This document shows, one piece after another, positions 19,694 to 29,468 of a stretch of DNA of 64,000 bases. The stretch is from Polyangiaceae bacterium (GTDB lineage Bacteria > Myxococcota_A > Polyangia > Polyangiales > Polyangiaceae): assembly GCA_965222375.1 (NCBI GenBank), contig CBDCTZ010000015.1:672001-736000 (forward strand), read 5' to 3'. The notes under the pieces are model-generated. The model did no database searches and was not told the origin of the DNA. It saw only the letters and a program-made list of their open reading frames with translations. A program made the position numbers and the translations under genes. Positions within the stretch are counted from its first letter, which is position 1; every line of letters begins with the position of its first letter.

Positions 19694-20563
19694 TTACTCG
19701 AGGATCACGTACTCCTTCTTGGACAGTCGCCGCTCAGTACCGGTGGCCAATTGGACGAACACCGAGTCCGCTTCGGTTCGGACGACCTGAGCAAACGCCC
19801 AACTGTGTCCGGACTGAGGTTTCACCAAGACCAGGTCGTCCGCAGCAGCAAGCTTGGACTCTCCCGACGGGAACGGCGCTACCTTGTCGTATTCGACAGA
19901 AGAGGGTGAAGTGCCATCGTCCCAGGCGATCTTGGCTCCTGAAGCGCCGGCGCTGCGCGCTACACCACTGTACCAGGTTGATCCCCAAACTCCCAACACG
20001 CGCTGGCCCGGCTGCGGCCGAAAACCTTTCGGGCGAGGCGGGCGCCTAGCCTGAGCCTTCGCGAGAAAGTCGCGCTTCGCGACATTGCCCGCTAGTTCCT
20101 TTTGAAGGTGCTCCGGCAGCGCGATCACTTGGTGCGGCGCCACATCGCCCTTCCCCCCTTCAACGTACGCTACGCCTATCGTGTCCGCGGAAACGCTCTG
20201 TACCCGAGCGCCATTCCAGCGCGATCCTGAACCACGCCGAGCCAGGACGTGGTCGCCGTTCTTGACCTTCGGGCTGTGGCCTACCTGCGGAATCAGAAAG
20301 ACCTCGCCAGAGTCCACCGCGCTGGGCGTAGATCCGTCTGTCCAGGCAACCGTTGTCCGGCTGCCTTCCAATGCCCTCACCTTGCCTTCGTAGAAGCTGA
20401 GGCCCGACCATCTACCGACGACGGTCGAACCAACGGCGATGCTCCGGGTCTGCGGCGACGCGCTGGCAGCAGCCGCCGTTTGGTTGTCTCCTTCTCCGCC
20501 TCGGGACTTACAGGCCAGCAACACCGTCAACAGCAAAAGAACCAATATGGTGTGAGTCTTCAT
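19694..20563 (-). CDS. Lipoprotein with four tandem Tudor/Agenet-like repeats
   Basis: LLAC lipobox; repeats such as VGSTVVGRW...FYEGKV...VAWTDGS and PGQRVLGVW...WYSGV...IAWDDGT. Confidence 0.7.
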   Translation of the reverse strand: MKTHTILVLLLLTVLLACKSRGGEGDNQTAAAASASPQTRSIAVGSTVVGRWSGLSFYEGKVRALEGSRTTVAWTDGSTPSAVDSGEVFLIPQVGHSPKVKNGDHVLARRGSGSRWNGARVQSVSADTIGVAYVEGGKGDVAPHQVIALPEHLQKELAGNVAKRDFLAKAQARRPPRPKGFRPQPGQRVLGVWGSTWYSGVARSAGASGAKIAWDDGTSPSSVEYDKVAPFPSGESKLAAADDLVLVKPQSGHSWAFAQVVRTEADSVFVQLATGTERRLSKKEYVILE

Positions 20564-20668
20564 GCCAGCACGCTGGCAAAATGCGTGCCCCCGCGCTTTG
20601 CAGCATTCCCTGCGGAAGTGCTTGTGCGCAGACCGCTCGCACGCTGTGCGCGCAGCTCCCGTACACGG

Positions 20669-21562
20669 TCATTTGGCGACTTCGTCTGCGTCGACGAGTT
20701 GCTCCAGCTGGAGAGACGCTGTCTTCCAAGTCGTGCCCACGCGCACCCTCAGCGTGCCGCGAAGCGCGGACTTGACGCCGGTGGACGGATTGGTCCCAGT
20801 TCTCGCGGCGGGCGCCTTGATGTTCAGAGCACCCGCGGAGTCGCCAAACCGAAGCCTCTTGCCGCCAGTTCCAACAAGCGTGCGAACGATGGACTTCTTG
20901 CCTCCCGGGTTCACCACGTAGGTTACGTACGTCTTGCCTCCGAGGGTTCGCGTAACCGCGACGCCCCTGAGGCCACCACCCAGAGCACTGACTTTCACGT
21001 CGCGGAAGAGAGTTGGCTCGTCGAACCCCACGAGCGGCACATCGAATCCCACCAGAGGCACATCAAAGCCCACGAGAGGCACGTCGAAACCTTTCGCCGA
21101 AAAGGAGAACTTCAAGCGGTCGCCCTCCCCACCCCAGACGAACCCTTTGGTGCGCCATTCGGAGCCAGGCCACGCCTTGGCGGAGCGCCCGCTGCTTGGG
21201 GCGGCCTTCGGAAAGGAGATGAAGCCGTAGGCATTGCTCAACCTCCTGCGATTGGGCGTCAGCTTGCCACGGAAGCTCCCCGTGAACGCCACGAGCTTGC
21301 CTGCCTTCTTGCGCTTGCCTCGGTAACGAACCACCGTAGTGCCATCTGGGCGAAGGCGAACATCGAGCAGGACCTTGCCTGCACTGCCCGCCCAGGCTGT
21401 GACGAAGCCAAAGCCTCGCGGCCGCGCCGAATTGCGAACCGCTTGTGCCAGGGTTGTGACGACCTTGACGCCCGGAGGTGCCGAGGGAGCTGGCGCCGCG
21501 TCGGCCCTACCGATGACTGAACAGAGGGCAATCAGTGTAAGCGTGACAAGCGGAAATTTCAT
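20669..21562 (-). CDS. Basic secreted hypothetical protein with GFDVPLV heptad repeats
   Basis: Signal peptide; GFDVPLV x3 plus GFDEP; GGAG upstream of ATG. Confidence 0.7.
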   Translation of the reverse strand: MKFPLVTLTLIALCSVIGRADAAPAPSAPPGVKVVTTLAQAVRNSARPRGFGFVTAWAGSAGKVLLDVRLRPDGTTVVRYRGKRKKAGKLVAFTGSFRGKLTPNRRRLSNAYGFISFPKAAPSSGRSAKAWPGSEWRTKGFVWGGEGDRLKFSFSAKGFDVPLVGFDVPLVGFDVPLVGFDEPTLFRDVKVSALGGGLRGVAVTRTLGGKTYVTYVVNPGGKKSIVRTLVGTGGKRLRFGDSAGALNIKAPAARTGTNPSTGVKSALRGTLRVRVGTTWKTASLQLEQLVDADEVAK

Positions 21563-21700
21563 CGTCTCTCCTTGTGGTTCCTACGGCGCAAGGCCTGCCG
21601 CTGGACAAGGCGGACGAGCAATTGCCGTGCCCAACCGCAGACCTGAGTACTCCCCCAAATGGGAACTGTAACCAAGGTGTGCGCGCACTGTGCGCACACC

Positions 21701-22246
21701 TCACGCACCGCCTTTGCTCACGCCTTGTCCCAACGCTCCAGCAATCAAGTGCGCCACGCGCAGCGGCTCTGGCAAGTTGCCGTGCAGGGTGGTCGCTCGC
21801 AGCAGGCGCCGCGCGGCGGAGCGATCGAGGCCGACGCGTTGAACGAACACATCCTCGAGAGGCTCCGGAGGGCCGAGCTGCTCGATCAATTGCCACTTGC
21901 GCGCGCCACCGGGCACCTTGTCGAACAGCGCCCGCTTGATTCGACCCAAGTTCGGTGCCCGACGCATCACGACCAGAACCGGCACCCCGAACGCATCGTG
22001 TAGCCGTCGCGCGTCCACTACGTTGAAGCCGCCTACCGCGATTCCTTGCAGCAGGATGGCTTGGGGAGAAAAGGTCGAACGCTGCACGAGCGCTGCCATG
22101 CTGCGCGCGGAGTTCACGCCATCCCGCCGCACTTTGCCCAGCAGCACGCCATCCACGCGCGTACGAGCGCAAAAGACCCCTACTAGAGGCACGTCCCCGC
22201 GGTGTTCGTGGGCAAAGGGGCCGTCGTCAAATCCAATGCAGTTCAT
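21701..22246 (-). CDS. DUF99 / endonuclease dU family protein
   Basis: IGFDDGPF, VRRDG, LLQGIAVGGFNVVD, PEPLRVAHLIA motifs. Confidence 0.85.
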   Translation of the reverse strand: MNCIGFDDGPFAHEHRGDVPLVGVFCARTRVDGVLLGKVRRDGVNSARSMAALVQRSTFSPQAILLQGIAVGGFNVVDARRLHDAFGVPVLVVMRRAPNLGRIKRALFDKVPGGARKWQLIEQLGPPEPLEDVFVQRVGLDRSAARRLLRATTLHGNLPEPLRVAHLIAGALGQGVSKGGA

Positions 22247-22443
22247 TGGGACGGCCGACGGACTGTCGCCGCCGGAAGGGTCTTCTCGTTGACATAGCGC
22301 ATTCCTCGGCATAACCCGGCACAGACCCCGCTGTCCTCATCGTCCTCAACATATGACCCCAGCCGTCTTTCGATCCACTCAGTGGTAGGCCGCCAGGCCA
22401 GCTGCTGCAGCAGCAACCACCGCAACGGATCCGGCGCGAACGC

Positions 22444-23067
22444 TCAGCGCTTCGGCGCCTTGCGCTGTGGCGGTTTCGGGCCAATGGGTTTACGCCTGTT
22501 CACCGACTCGCCGATCGCCAATCGCAAGCACATGTTCGCAAGTTTCGAGAGCTGGGCGGCAAGCTTCACGGCTTCGGACTTGGGTGTAACCTCCCACAGC
22601 ATGCCGGTCTGCCACTCCGTATCGCTCGCCCCGGCTACCTTGCGAGTCACCTTGGCCACGCATTTCTGGCCTTCGTGACAGGTCAGCCGGAGTCGATTGC
22701 CCTCCGCCCTCACGCTCTTCAATCCGTCAAGGCGGAGAATCGTAGTGGTGAAATAGAGTGCGGGCGCCCCCGGATTCGTGTGCTTGAGCTTCGCTCGCAA
22801 CTCCCGTCCATCCATGTGCCAGTACCAGTGCAAGCCACCACTGCCGCCGACACGGTGCGCGTTGGTCGCGCGCAACCTGCGCGCAGTCGCCGCTCCCAAG
22901 TTGTTGGTGCGCGTGCGCAGATTCAGCTTGGGTTTCTTTGGCTTCGCGCCTCCACTCGGATCAGGCTTGGCCTTGGCTTCCAGTGGGAGCGCCGGAGCTG
23001 GAGCGGACAGCGACAGGGCAGCGTATGCTGAGAGTGAGACGGCTAGTGCGAGAGGAAGTGTCTTCAT
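22444..23067 (-). CDS. Secreted basic hypothetical protein
   Basis: MKTLPLALAVSLSAYAAL signal peptide. Confidence 0.6.
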   Translation of the reverse strand: MKTLPLALAVSLSAYAALSLSAPAPALPLEAKAKPDPSGGAKPKKPKLNLRTRTNNLGAATARRLRATNAHRVGGSGGLHWYWHMDGRELRAKLKHTNPGAPALYFTTTILRLDGLKSVRAEGNRLRLTCHEGQKCVAKVTRKVAGASDTEWQTGMLWEVTPKSEAVKLAAQLSKLANMCLRLAIGESVNRRKPIGPKPPQRKAPKR

Positions 23068-23395
23068 GCGCCTGGTGTCTGCAATTGGCATGCCCGCAGC
23101 GCCAGCGACATTCGAGCCGAATTGCCCTGTGCATGACTGTGCTCGCTCGTGCGCGCACAGTCATGCACAGCTCGGCGGCTGAGCTACAGGACGAAGCGCC
23201 GACGTCGACACCAGCCGAGGCGGGAGGCGATACCCACTTAGGGCAATGGCAGCGCAGCGCGACTCGATGAAGTGGTCCCCAGCGGCCCTATCGAAGTCGC
23301 GGCGCCGCTGGGGAATTGCGTTTCTAGGGCGCCCGATTCGCTCTGGGACACAGAACGGCGGACATTCCGGCCCGATTCTGATACTTGCGCATCGC

Positions 23396-24694
23396 ATGTC
23401 CAGGCTCAACGAGGCACTGCGCGCCCTGGCACTCACCGCCTCTGCGCTCTCGCTCGCCGCGGCCGGCGGCTGCAACCCGCGCTGCCCAGCGTGTCCCCCA
23501 GCGGCAGCGCCAACCGCCGCGCCGCAGCCTTATGTCGCGCCGGTGCTTCCGGGGCAAGCGGCACCGGCGGGCAAGTCGAAAGCCTCGGGCAAGCTGGCCG
23601 TGTTGCCGATCAAGGACCCGGAGCTGTTCCGGAGGGAACGCGCGCAAGTTCGAAGTGAGCTGTTCCAGCGCATGAAGGGTCTGGCGACGGAATACGAGGT
23701 GCTCTCCTTGAGCGAAGTCGATGCTCAACTGAAAGCGGTGAACAAGGCAGGGCAAGCCTGTGCCTATGACGAGTCGCCGCTGTCGCGGCGTGCTCGGAAC
23801 AAGAATTGGCGCTGGACCGAACTGATGTTCGTATCTGGCATGAAGAAGCGCGGCAGTGAGCTCTGGGTTCGGGTCAACCGCTACAACGCGAGCGAGTCCC
23901 TCGCAGCTCCCTGGGATCGCAAGTTGGGTCGACTCCCCGCGTACCGCGCGGCCTTCGTGGCTCTGAAGAAACTAGCTTCGGACGCGGGTGTGCTCGGCGG
24001 CCTTGGGGCATCAGGCGGACCAAAGGGCGAGAAGACCCGGGGCGCGCTGAAGATCTGCGAAAGGAAGTCGTTCTTCGAGTGCCGCAAAGAAACGGAAAGC
24101 TGGCTCGACGTGAGCAAAGAACTCTCGGCCTGCTTCGCGGGCGCAGACGAACGCAAGGAGACGGCGCTAATTGAAGGAACGCGCTGCGAGTTACCCAAGG
24201 CGCAGAGCACCAACAGCGTCCGAGGCAAGCGCGAGGCTTGCTTGTGCGGGGCGCTGACCAAGTCGGCAGGCGTCAAAGCACGCCAGGGGCGGCGCCGCGT
24301 GAGCATGAGCTACGAAGCGCCGGACGTCGCGGGCAAGCCCCGCCCGCGGCTTCGAGTCATCGACGTGACCGGCCTCTTTGCCGAAGCGGATTGGGACTCG
24401 ATCAAGTACGAAGAGGGCGGCAAGAAGCGCTACCGCTCCGTGCGCCGGCTCCAGGTGGACAACCTGGACGCGCTGGCCGCTCCCCTCGCCCGCTGCAAGG
24501 TCAAGGCTGGAACGCAACTCACCGCCGAGCTCTCCGTGGACGCCACGGGCAAGGTTGCCGCAGCCAAGGTGACATCTGGCGCCAACCGCGCCGTGAGTGC
24601 ATGTCTTCAGAAGGCGCTGGCGCGCGGCGCCTTCGCGTGCCCGGGCAGCGACAAGGGCGCCACCCTGCGGCTGGGTATTCGTTACCCGGATTGA
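23396..24694 (+). CDS. Lipoprotein with C-terminal AgmX/PglI-like (TonB-C-like) segment
   Basis: AGGC lipobox; ELSVDATGKV...VSACLQKAL...F.CP C-terminus. Confidence 0.6.
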   Translation: MSRLNEALRALALTASALSLAAAGGCNPRCPACPPAAAPTAAPQPYVAPVLPGQAAPAGKSKASGKLAVLPIKDPELFRRERAQVRSELFQRMKGLATEYEVLSLSEVDAQLKAVNKAGQACAYDESPLSRRARNKNWRWTELMFVSGMKKRGSELWVRVNRYNASESLAAPWDRKLGRLPAYRAAFVALKKLASDAGVLGGLGASGGPKGEKTRGALKICERKSFFECRKETESWLDVSKELSACFAGADERKETALIEGTRCELPKAQSTNSVRGKREACLCGALTKSAGVKARQGRRRVSMSYEAPDVAGKPRPRLRVIDVTGLFAEADWDSIKYEEGGKKRYRSVRRLQVDNLDALAAPLARCKVKAGTQLTAELSVDATGKVAAAKVTSGANRAVSACLQKALARGAFACPGSDKGATLRLGIRYPD

Positions 24695-24797
24695 TGGACC
24701 TCAGACAGCACACGCCAGTGAGAGTCAACTCGTCAGCGGCGGTTACGATGAGCTACAAAGACTCACTAGCCCCCAAAATAAAACGGGTTGGTGGCTC

Positions 24798-25691
24798 TTA
24801 CATGTAGCCGGTCATCGCGAGCCCCAAACGCTGCCCTGAAGCCAAGGGCAAGAGCGCCCAATGCACCGGCCCGGTGCGAAATGCGCCGGCTGGCGATCCG
24901 GCGCCATAGTGGAGCCACAACGGCACCAGGTAGCCCGACACCGCGCCCGCTGCCGAGCCCAGCAATACATCACTCAACCAGTGGCGATCGTTGACTATCC
25001 GGGCAACTCCCGTGGTCAGCGCTAGCCCAGAAGCAGCCACACAAGCCGCCGCGTCGGCGATTCCACCACCATACAGCGGTAGGTGTTGATGGTGTACACA
25101 GGTCAGACCGGCGCCCGCGGCGGCAATGGCCGCGTGTCCGCTGGGAAAGCTCCCAAACTCGTCGGAACCATCGCAGAAGCGTTCGTATTCGTCGTCACGT
25201 TCGCAGGGCTCCGTACTCGGCCGAGCCCTCGCGATGAATTTCTCCGGCGGTATCACCAGCATCGCGGTCAAGGCGAATGACTGGGTGTTGATCAGAAACA
25301 TCTGCCCGGCAACGTCGCCCGCACCATGGCCCACCCACGTCACGAGGAGGGTGTCCACGAGATAGGGGTACACGAGCATGCCGCGAAAGCCGATATCGCC
25401 CACGGTCCGTGCGCGGTCCCTTCCCTCACGGCTTCTGGCCACGAGTCGGTCTCGCACCCAGCTATCAACCTCGTTTTCCCAAGCTCCGCCATCGTCTCGG
25501 AAGTCAACCGCAAAACTGGTGGCGATCGTCCCGGCCAGTATTGCGCCGCCGGCACCGTATTGCCAGCCTCGGAAGCGGGTCCAGTGCGGCTGCCACTCGA
25601 CCTCGTCTGCCTGTTGTGCATACGCGGGAGTACTCCAGAGCGCGCACGCCACCAGCCCGAGTACCACGCGTCGCGCATTCGCGAGACCCAT
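24798..25691 (-). CDS. PAP2-family phosphatase
   Basis: KFIARARP, SFPSGH, ARIVNDRHWLSDV motifs. Confidence 0.9.
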   Translation of the reverse strand: MGLANARRVVLGLVACALWSTPAYAQQADEVEWQPHWTRFRGWQYGAGGAILAGTIATSFAVDFRDDGGAWENEVDSWVRDRLVARSREGRDRARTVGDIGFRGMLVYPYLVDTLLVTWVGHGAGDVAGQMFLINTQSFALTAMLVIPPEKFIARARPSTEPCERDDEYERFCDGSDEFGSFPSGHAAIAAAGAGLTCVHHQHLPLYGGGIADAAACVAASGLALTTGVARIVNDRHWLSDVLLGSAAGAVSGYLVPLWLHYGAGSPAGAFRTGPVHWALLPLASGQRLGLAMTGYM

Positions 25692-25881
25692 GCGTCCCGC
25701 GCTTTTCACCGCCCCGCCCCAACCAGGCAATCGGATACTCGCGCACCAGGTCCAGCCGTTGCTCTTCGGTTCATTCGTGCACTCTCGTATTGCGCTATCT
25801 ACCATGGGCCTTCAGCTCGTGGCTGATTCACGGCACTCCGAAACTAGCCACTTCCACATCTCGGACAGGTAGGCGGGGAAT

Positions 25882-27588
25882 TCACTTCACGGTGTAGTCC
25901 GTGCCCCAGGGGTGCACGGCGATGATGCGGGAGGCAGCATCGTGCAGCTCTGGGCTCAGTCTGCCCTGACGCGCGTCCCGCCACGCCGCGGCGAACTCTT
26001 GAGTCGAGTTGAGACGCAGATCGGGCTTCTTGGCCAACGCTAGCGCCAGCAGCAGGTCAACGTCCGGGTGCACTTCGACCAACTCGCTTGGCCGCACGGG
26101 TTGGTAACGAAGCGCCGCATAAACCGTAGCCGCGTTGGAGGTGCCTCGGAACGCGGGCCGACCCGTGAGCACGCGATACACCACCGCTCCAAGCGAGAAT
26201 ACGTCAGCCCGGCGATCCACGTCCTTGCCCAGAGCTTGCTCCGGCGCCATATAGGCGGGCGTGCCGACGGCGCCGCCTTGGGTGAGCGTTCCGGAGCCGC
26301 TGGCGAACATCGAGACGCCGAAGTCCAGCACCTTCCAGATCGGATGAGGGTTGGCGGTGAGAAACAAGTTCTGGGGCTTGATGTCGCGGTGCACGACGTC
26401 CGCTTCGTGGGCGGCGTGCAGTGCGAGGCAAGCGTGCTCCACGAGCACGTCGACCTCCTCGAGGGGAAGGTAGGTCCGCTGACGCAGATCGGCTGCTAGG
26501 TCCACGCCCTGGAGGAGCTCCAGCACCAGGTATGGCGAACCATCTTCTGCAGTGCCGGAGGCAAATAGCTCGGGCACGTGGGGCGACTCCAGGGCGCTGG
26601 TGATCTGCGCTTCCCGAATGAAGCGTGTCACTTGCCCACGGGACTCGGAGAGATGCGGGTGCATGACTTTCAGCGCCACGATTTGTCCGCCGTCGGTGTT
26701 CGTGGCTTCGTAGACTTCCCCCATCGAACCGCGACCCACGACGCTGCCTAGTACGTATTGGTCGATGGTTCGCCCCGTGAGACGGCCAGCGCGCGCTCCT
26801 GCGACGACGCGATCTAGATCTTCATGCGCCTCGTTGAGCAGCGCATCTCTCTGTCGGATGCCGCGACGTGCCCGCTCGAGCTCCGCCATGGCCAGCAACG
26901 TCGAGTGGCGAGTGCGGTATGAGAGCCAATAGGTCGCCACCAGCAAGGTTCCGACGCAAATCCCCGTCATGAAGATGTACGCCCGGCTCTGCATGGCCTC
27001 GGCAGGGATCAGCCCGGTAGGCGGAACGACGCCGAATGCAGCAAGCAACGCCAGCACGGCGTGACCACCAATGGCGGTTCCAGCGACCCAGCGACGACGA
27101 GGTTTCGAGTCCCCGAGTCCGTAATAGAAGACCACCGTTGGCAGCACCACGATGGGGCCACCCATGATCCCGAAGTAGACGCAGGAACCCAGCGCAAGCA
27201 GCACGATCATCACGCCGATCAAGGTCGAAACCCGACTGCCGTATTGATAGCGGCGACTCATCGCGATGAGCCCGCCAACCACCACGGCAGCGACGGCGTA
27301 CACGCCAATCATGACCCAGCCCAAGGTCGTCTTGTTGGGCATGGCTAAGGTGGCTACGACGAAGATGACCAGCGCGATGAACAGCGCTCGCAGCGCGCCC
27401 ATGCGTGTGCGGATCTCTTCGCCAGCCAATACGCCACCGTCGACCTGAGTCGTGGCGTCATCTGCATCAGGGGGGGCAGCTGCAGCGTCAGCGCTAGGTT
27501 TTACCAGAGTCGGCGCGTCGGTCGCTTCCAACAGTGAGTTGTCTGCCGCCACGCCGATCACAGTGCCGCGGAAACGAGGCGCCGACAA
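25882..27588 (-). CDS. Ser/Thr kinase with N-terminal multi-pass membrane domain
   Basis: About 6 TM helices, then GRGSMG, VALK, HRDIKPQN, DFG, YMAPE. Confidence 0.92.
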   Translation of the reverse strand: MSAPRFRGTVIGVAADNSLLEATDAPTLVKPSADAAAAPPDADDATTQVDGGVLAGEEIRTRMGALRALFIALVIFVVATLAMPNKTTLGWVMIGVYAVAAVVVGGLIAMSRRYQYGSRVSTLIGVMIVLLALGSCVYFGIMGGPIVVLPTVVFYYGLGDSKPRRRWVAGTAIGGHAVLALLAAFGVVPPTGLIPAEAMQSRAYIFMTGICVGTLLVATYWLSYRTRHSTLLAMAELERARRGIRQRDALLNEAHEDLDRVVAGARAGRLTGRTIDQYVLGSVVGRGSMGEVYEATNTDGGQIVALKVMHPHLSESRGQVTRFIREAQITSALESPHVPELFASGTAEDGSPYLVLELLQGVDLAADLRQRTYLPLEEVDVLVEHACLALHAAHEADVVHRDIKPQNLFLTANPHPIWKVLDFGVSMFASGSGTLTQGGAVGTPAYMAPEQALGKDVDRRADVFSLGAVVYRVLTGRPAFRGTSNAATVYAALRYQPVRPSELVEVHPDVDLLLALALAKKPDLRLNSTQEFAAAWRDARQGRLSPELHDAASRIIAVHPWGTDYTVK

Positions 27589-27600
27589 GCGGCCCCAAGC

Positions 27601-28317
27601 TCAGCGACTCTGCAGCGCCTTCGCGGCGGGAGTCAGCACGTCTCGCACCGCGCGAGTGCGTTGCTCCAAGCGATCCTTTTCCAACAAGAAGCCGAAGCCC
27701 GCGAGCTCAGGCTCCTGGCATGCAGCGGCAGCACCAGCTCCTGCTGCCTGGGGCAGGTTGTCTGCAAAGGTCTTGTCCACGAGGTCAGCCAAAGAAGGGT
27801 CCACAGCAACGGCCCAGCGCACGAAAGACCACGCCAGCTCGGCATGACGCGCTTCGTCTTCCGCGATGATTTCCAGGGCAGCCTTGGCGGCGGGCTCGGT
27901 CGTGAGCGCCACGGACTCTTTGGCCTCCATAGCCGACAGGGTCTCGCCGATACAGCCTTCGGTAATTGTCGCCCGAACCATGTCGGGCAAGGTCGCCACT
28001 GCGTCGAGGGCGCGATCGATCTTCAGGGGCCCGGGACCCAAGGGGCTACCCGCATAGGTCGACGCCAGAGCAAAGCCGAGGCGAGCGTGCAGGATCTCGT
28101 CGATGGCAGCGCGGTGAGAGGCCTCGAGCAACTCCGGTGGCGCGCCGACGGCGAGTAGACCCAAGCTGAAGCGATCAAAGGCGGCAACGGACGCGTGCTC
28201 GTTCTGAGCTCGTTCGGACCAAGCGACTGCCGCCGACGCGAGCAACGGGGCGTCGAAGGCGCTGGCGTCGAATGAATCCAGCGCGGCATCGAATTCAGCA
28301 ACCTCAGGCCGGGGCAT
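27601..28317 (-). CDS. Ferritin-like (diiron) domain protein, myxobacterial type
   Basis: EHASVAAF, DEILH, EGCIGET, DEARHAELAW (two ExxH motifs). Confidence 0.85.
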   Translation of the reverse strand: MPRPEVAEFDAALDSFDASAFDAPLLASAAVAWSERAQNEHASVAAFDRFSLGLLAVGAPPELLEASHRAAIDEILHARLGFALASTYAGSPLGPGPLKIDRALDAVATLPDMVRATITEGCIGETLSAMEAKESVALTTEPAAKAALEIIAEDEARHAELAWSFVRWAVAVDPSLADLVDKTFADNLPQAAGAGAAAACQEPELAGFGFLLEKDRLEQRTRAVRDVLTPAAKALQSR

Positions 28318-28341
28318 GACGGCTCTTGCTCGGTGATCGGC

Positions 28342-28944
28342 TCAGGCAGCCGGGGCGGTTCGCGCCCAATCCATGCGCGCGACCAAGGGTGCCAGGCGCG
28401 TCTTGCCGTCCACGACTAGTGGGCGCCCGTCACAACCGATGCTGCTGAAAATGTAGCAGCATGCTTCTTCTGTCGCCGGGTCCTGGGGTGCGAAGGGTCC
28501 AGTGTTGGCGCTGCCGCAAGAGCAACTTCCCGAGCCCGTTGGATAGCCCTTGGGGGATCCTGCGCTGAGCTTGTCCGCCGGCGGGCAGGCGCCGTTTGTT
28601 GCGGCCATGCAACCGACCTTTTCGCAGCACTGGCCCCAGTAGCCACCTTCGTGATTGGGACCGGCGCAACCCGCAGGGGTTGGATAGGGGACCTTGGGCA
28701 AGGTGGATGAGTCGACGCTGGCGTCTGCGGTCGTTCCTGAGGAGCCACCGGTGCTGGCGCCGCCGGTGCTCGCGCCACCCGTACTCGAACCCCCCGTGCT
28801 TGCACCCCCGGTACTCGTGCCGCCGGAACTGGTTCCGCCCGTGGCATTCGAGTCACTTCCCGACTCGCCGCCACAGTTCACGCCAATGGCCAACACCGCG
28901 CCCCACTGAGACGCCCTGAGCAATCGGTTCAAGAAATCCGCCAT
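28342..28944 (-). CDS. Cys-rich lipoprotein ending in CCY...GRPL motif
   Basis: Lipobox, Gly/Ser/Thr linker, Cys-rich domain; in frame with the downstream ferritin-like gene. Confidence 0.75.
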   Translation of the reverse strand: MADFLNRLLRASQWGAVLAIGVNCGGESGSDSNATGGTSSGGTSTGGASTGGSSTGGASTGGASTGGSSGTTADASVDSSTLPKVPYPTPAGCAGPNHEGGYWGQCCEKVGCMAATNGACPPADKLSAGSPKGYPTGSGSCSCGSANTGPFAPQDPATEEACCYIFSSIGCDGRPLVVDGKTRLAPLVARMDWARTAPAA

Positions 28945-29046
28945 GGTGTCATGATAGCAAATGGCCCACGTGGGCGCCGCTTTCGGCCCTGCATAGCAAA
29001 AGTTCGCTGTGCGCTAGGCGCCCGCGCCTCGGCATATTCTGCGTCC

Positions 29047-29408
29047 ATGAGGGTGTTGGTGGTCTTGTTGGCGGTTGCGCAGACGCGAGCTCGGGGGGAA
29101 GCGCGGGTGGCGGTGCGGGCTCTGGCGGAAACGGGGGCGCTGCGACATGTCAAAAGCATGGCGAGCACGATGTTGGTAGTCCCAGCTCGACTGGACTGAG
29201 TAACGGGACCCCGTGCGAGAAGGGCAGTCAGTGCGTCTCGGGCTACTGCGTGGACCACTTCTGCTGCAACAGCGAGTGTCAGTTTGCCGATTGCATTAGT
29301 TGCGCCCGACCCGGCAACAGGGGGACCTGTGGCATCGTCGCGAAGGGTGCCAACCCGCGTTGTAGCTGCACCGCGGGTTGCCCGGGTGGCAGCAATAGCT
29401 GTACCTAG
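29047..29408 (+). pseudogene. Small Cys-rich lipoprotein, frameshifted in the signal peptide
   Basis: MRVLVVLL in one frame; GGCADASSGG...NGTPCEKGSQCVSGYCVDHFCCNSEC...SCT* in another; not in the ORF track. Confidence 0.65.
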
Positions 29409-29468
29409 AACGCTTCCGACCGGGAAGTAGGCCCGTGCGCCCTTCAGCGCACGGACGCACCTCAACGA

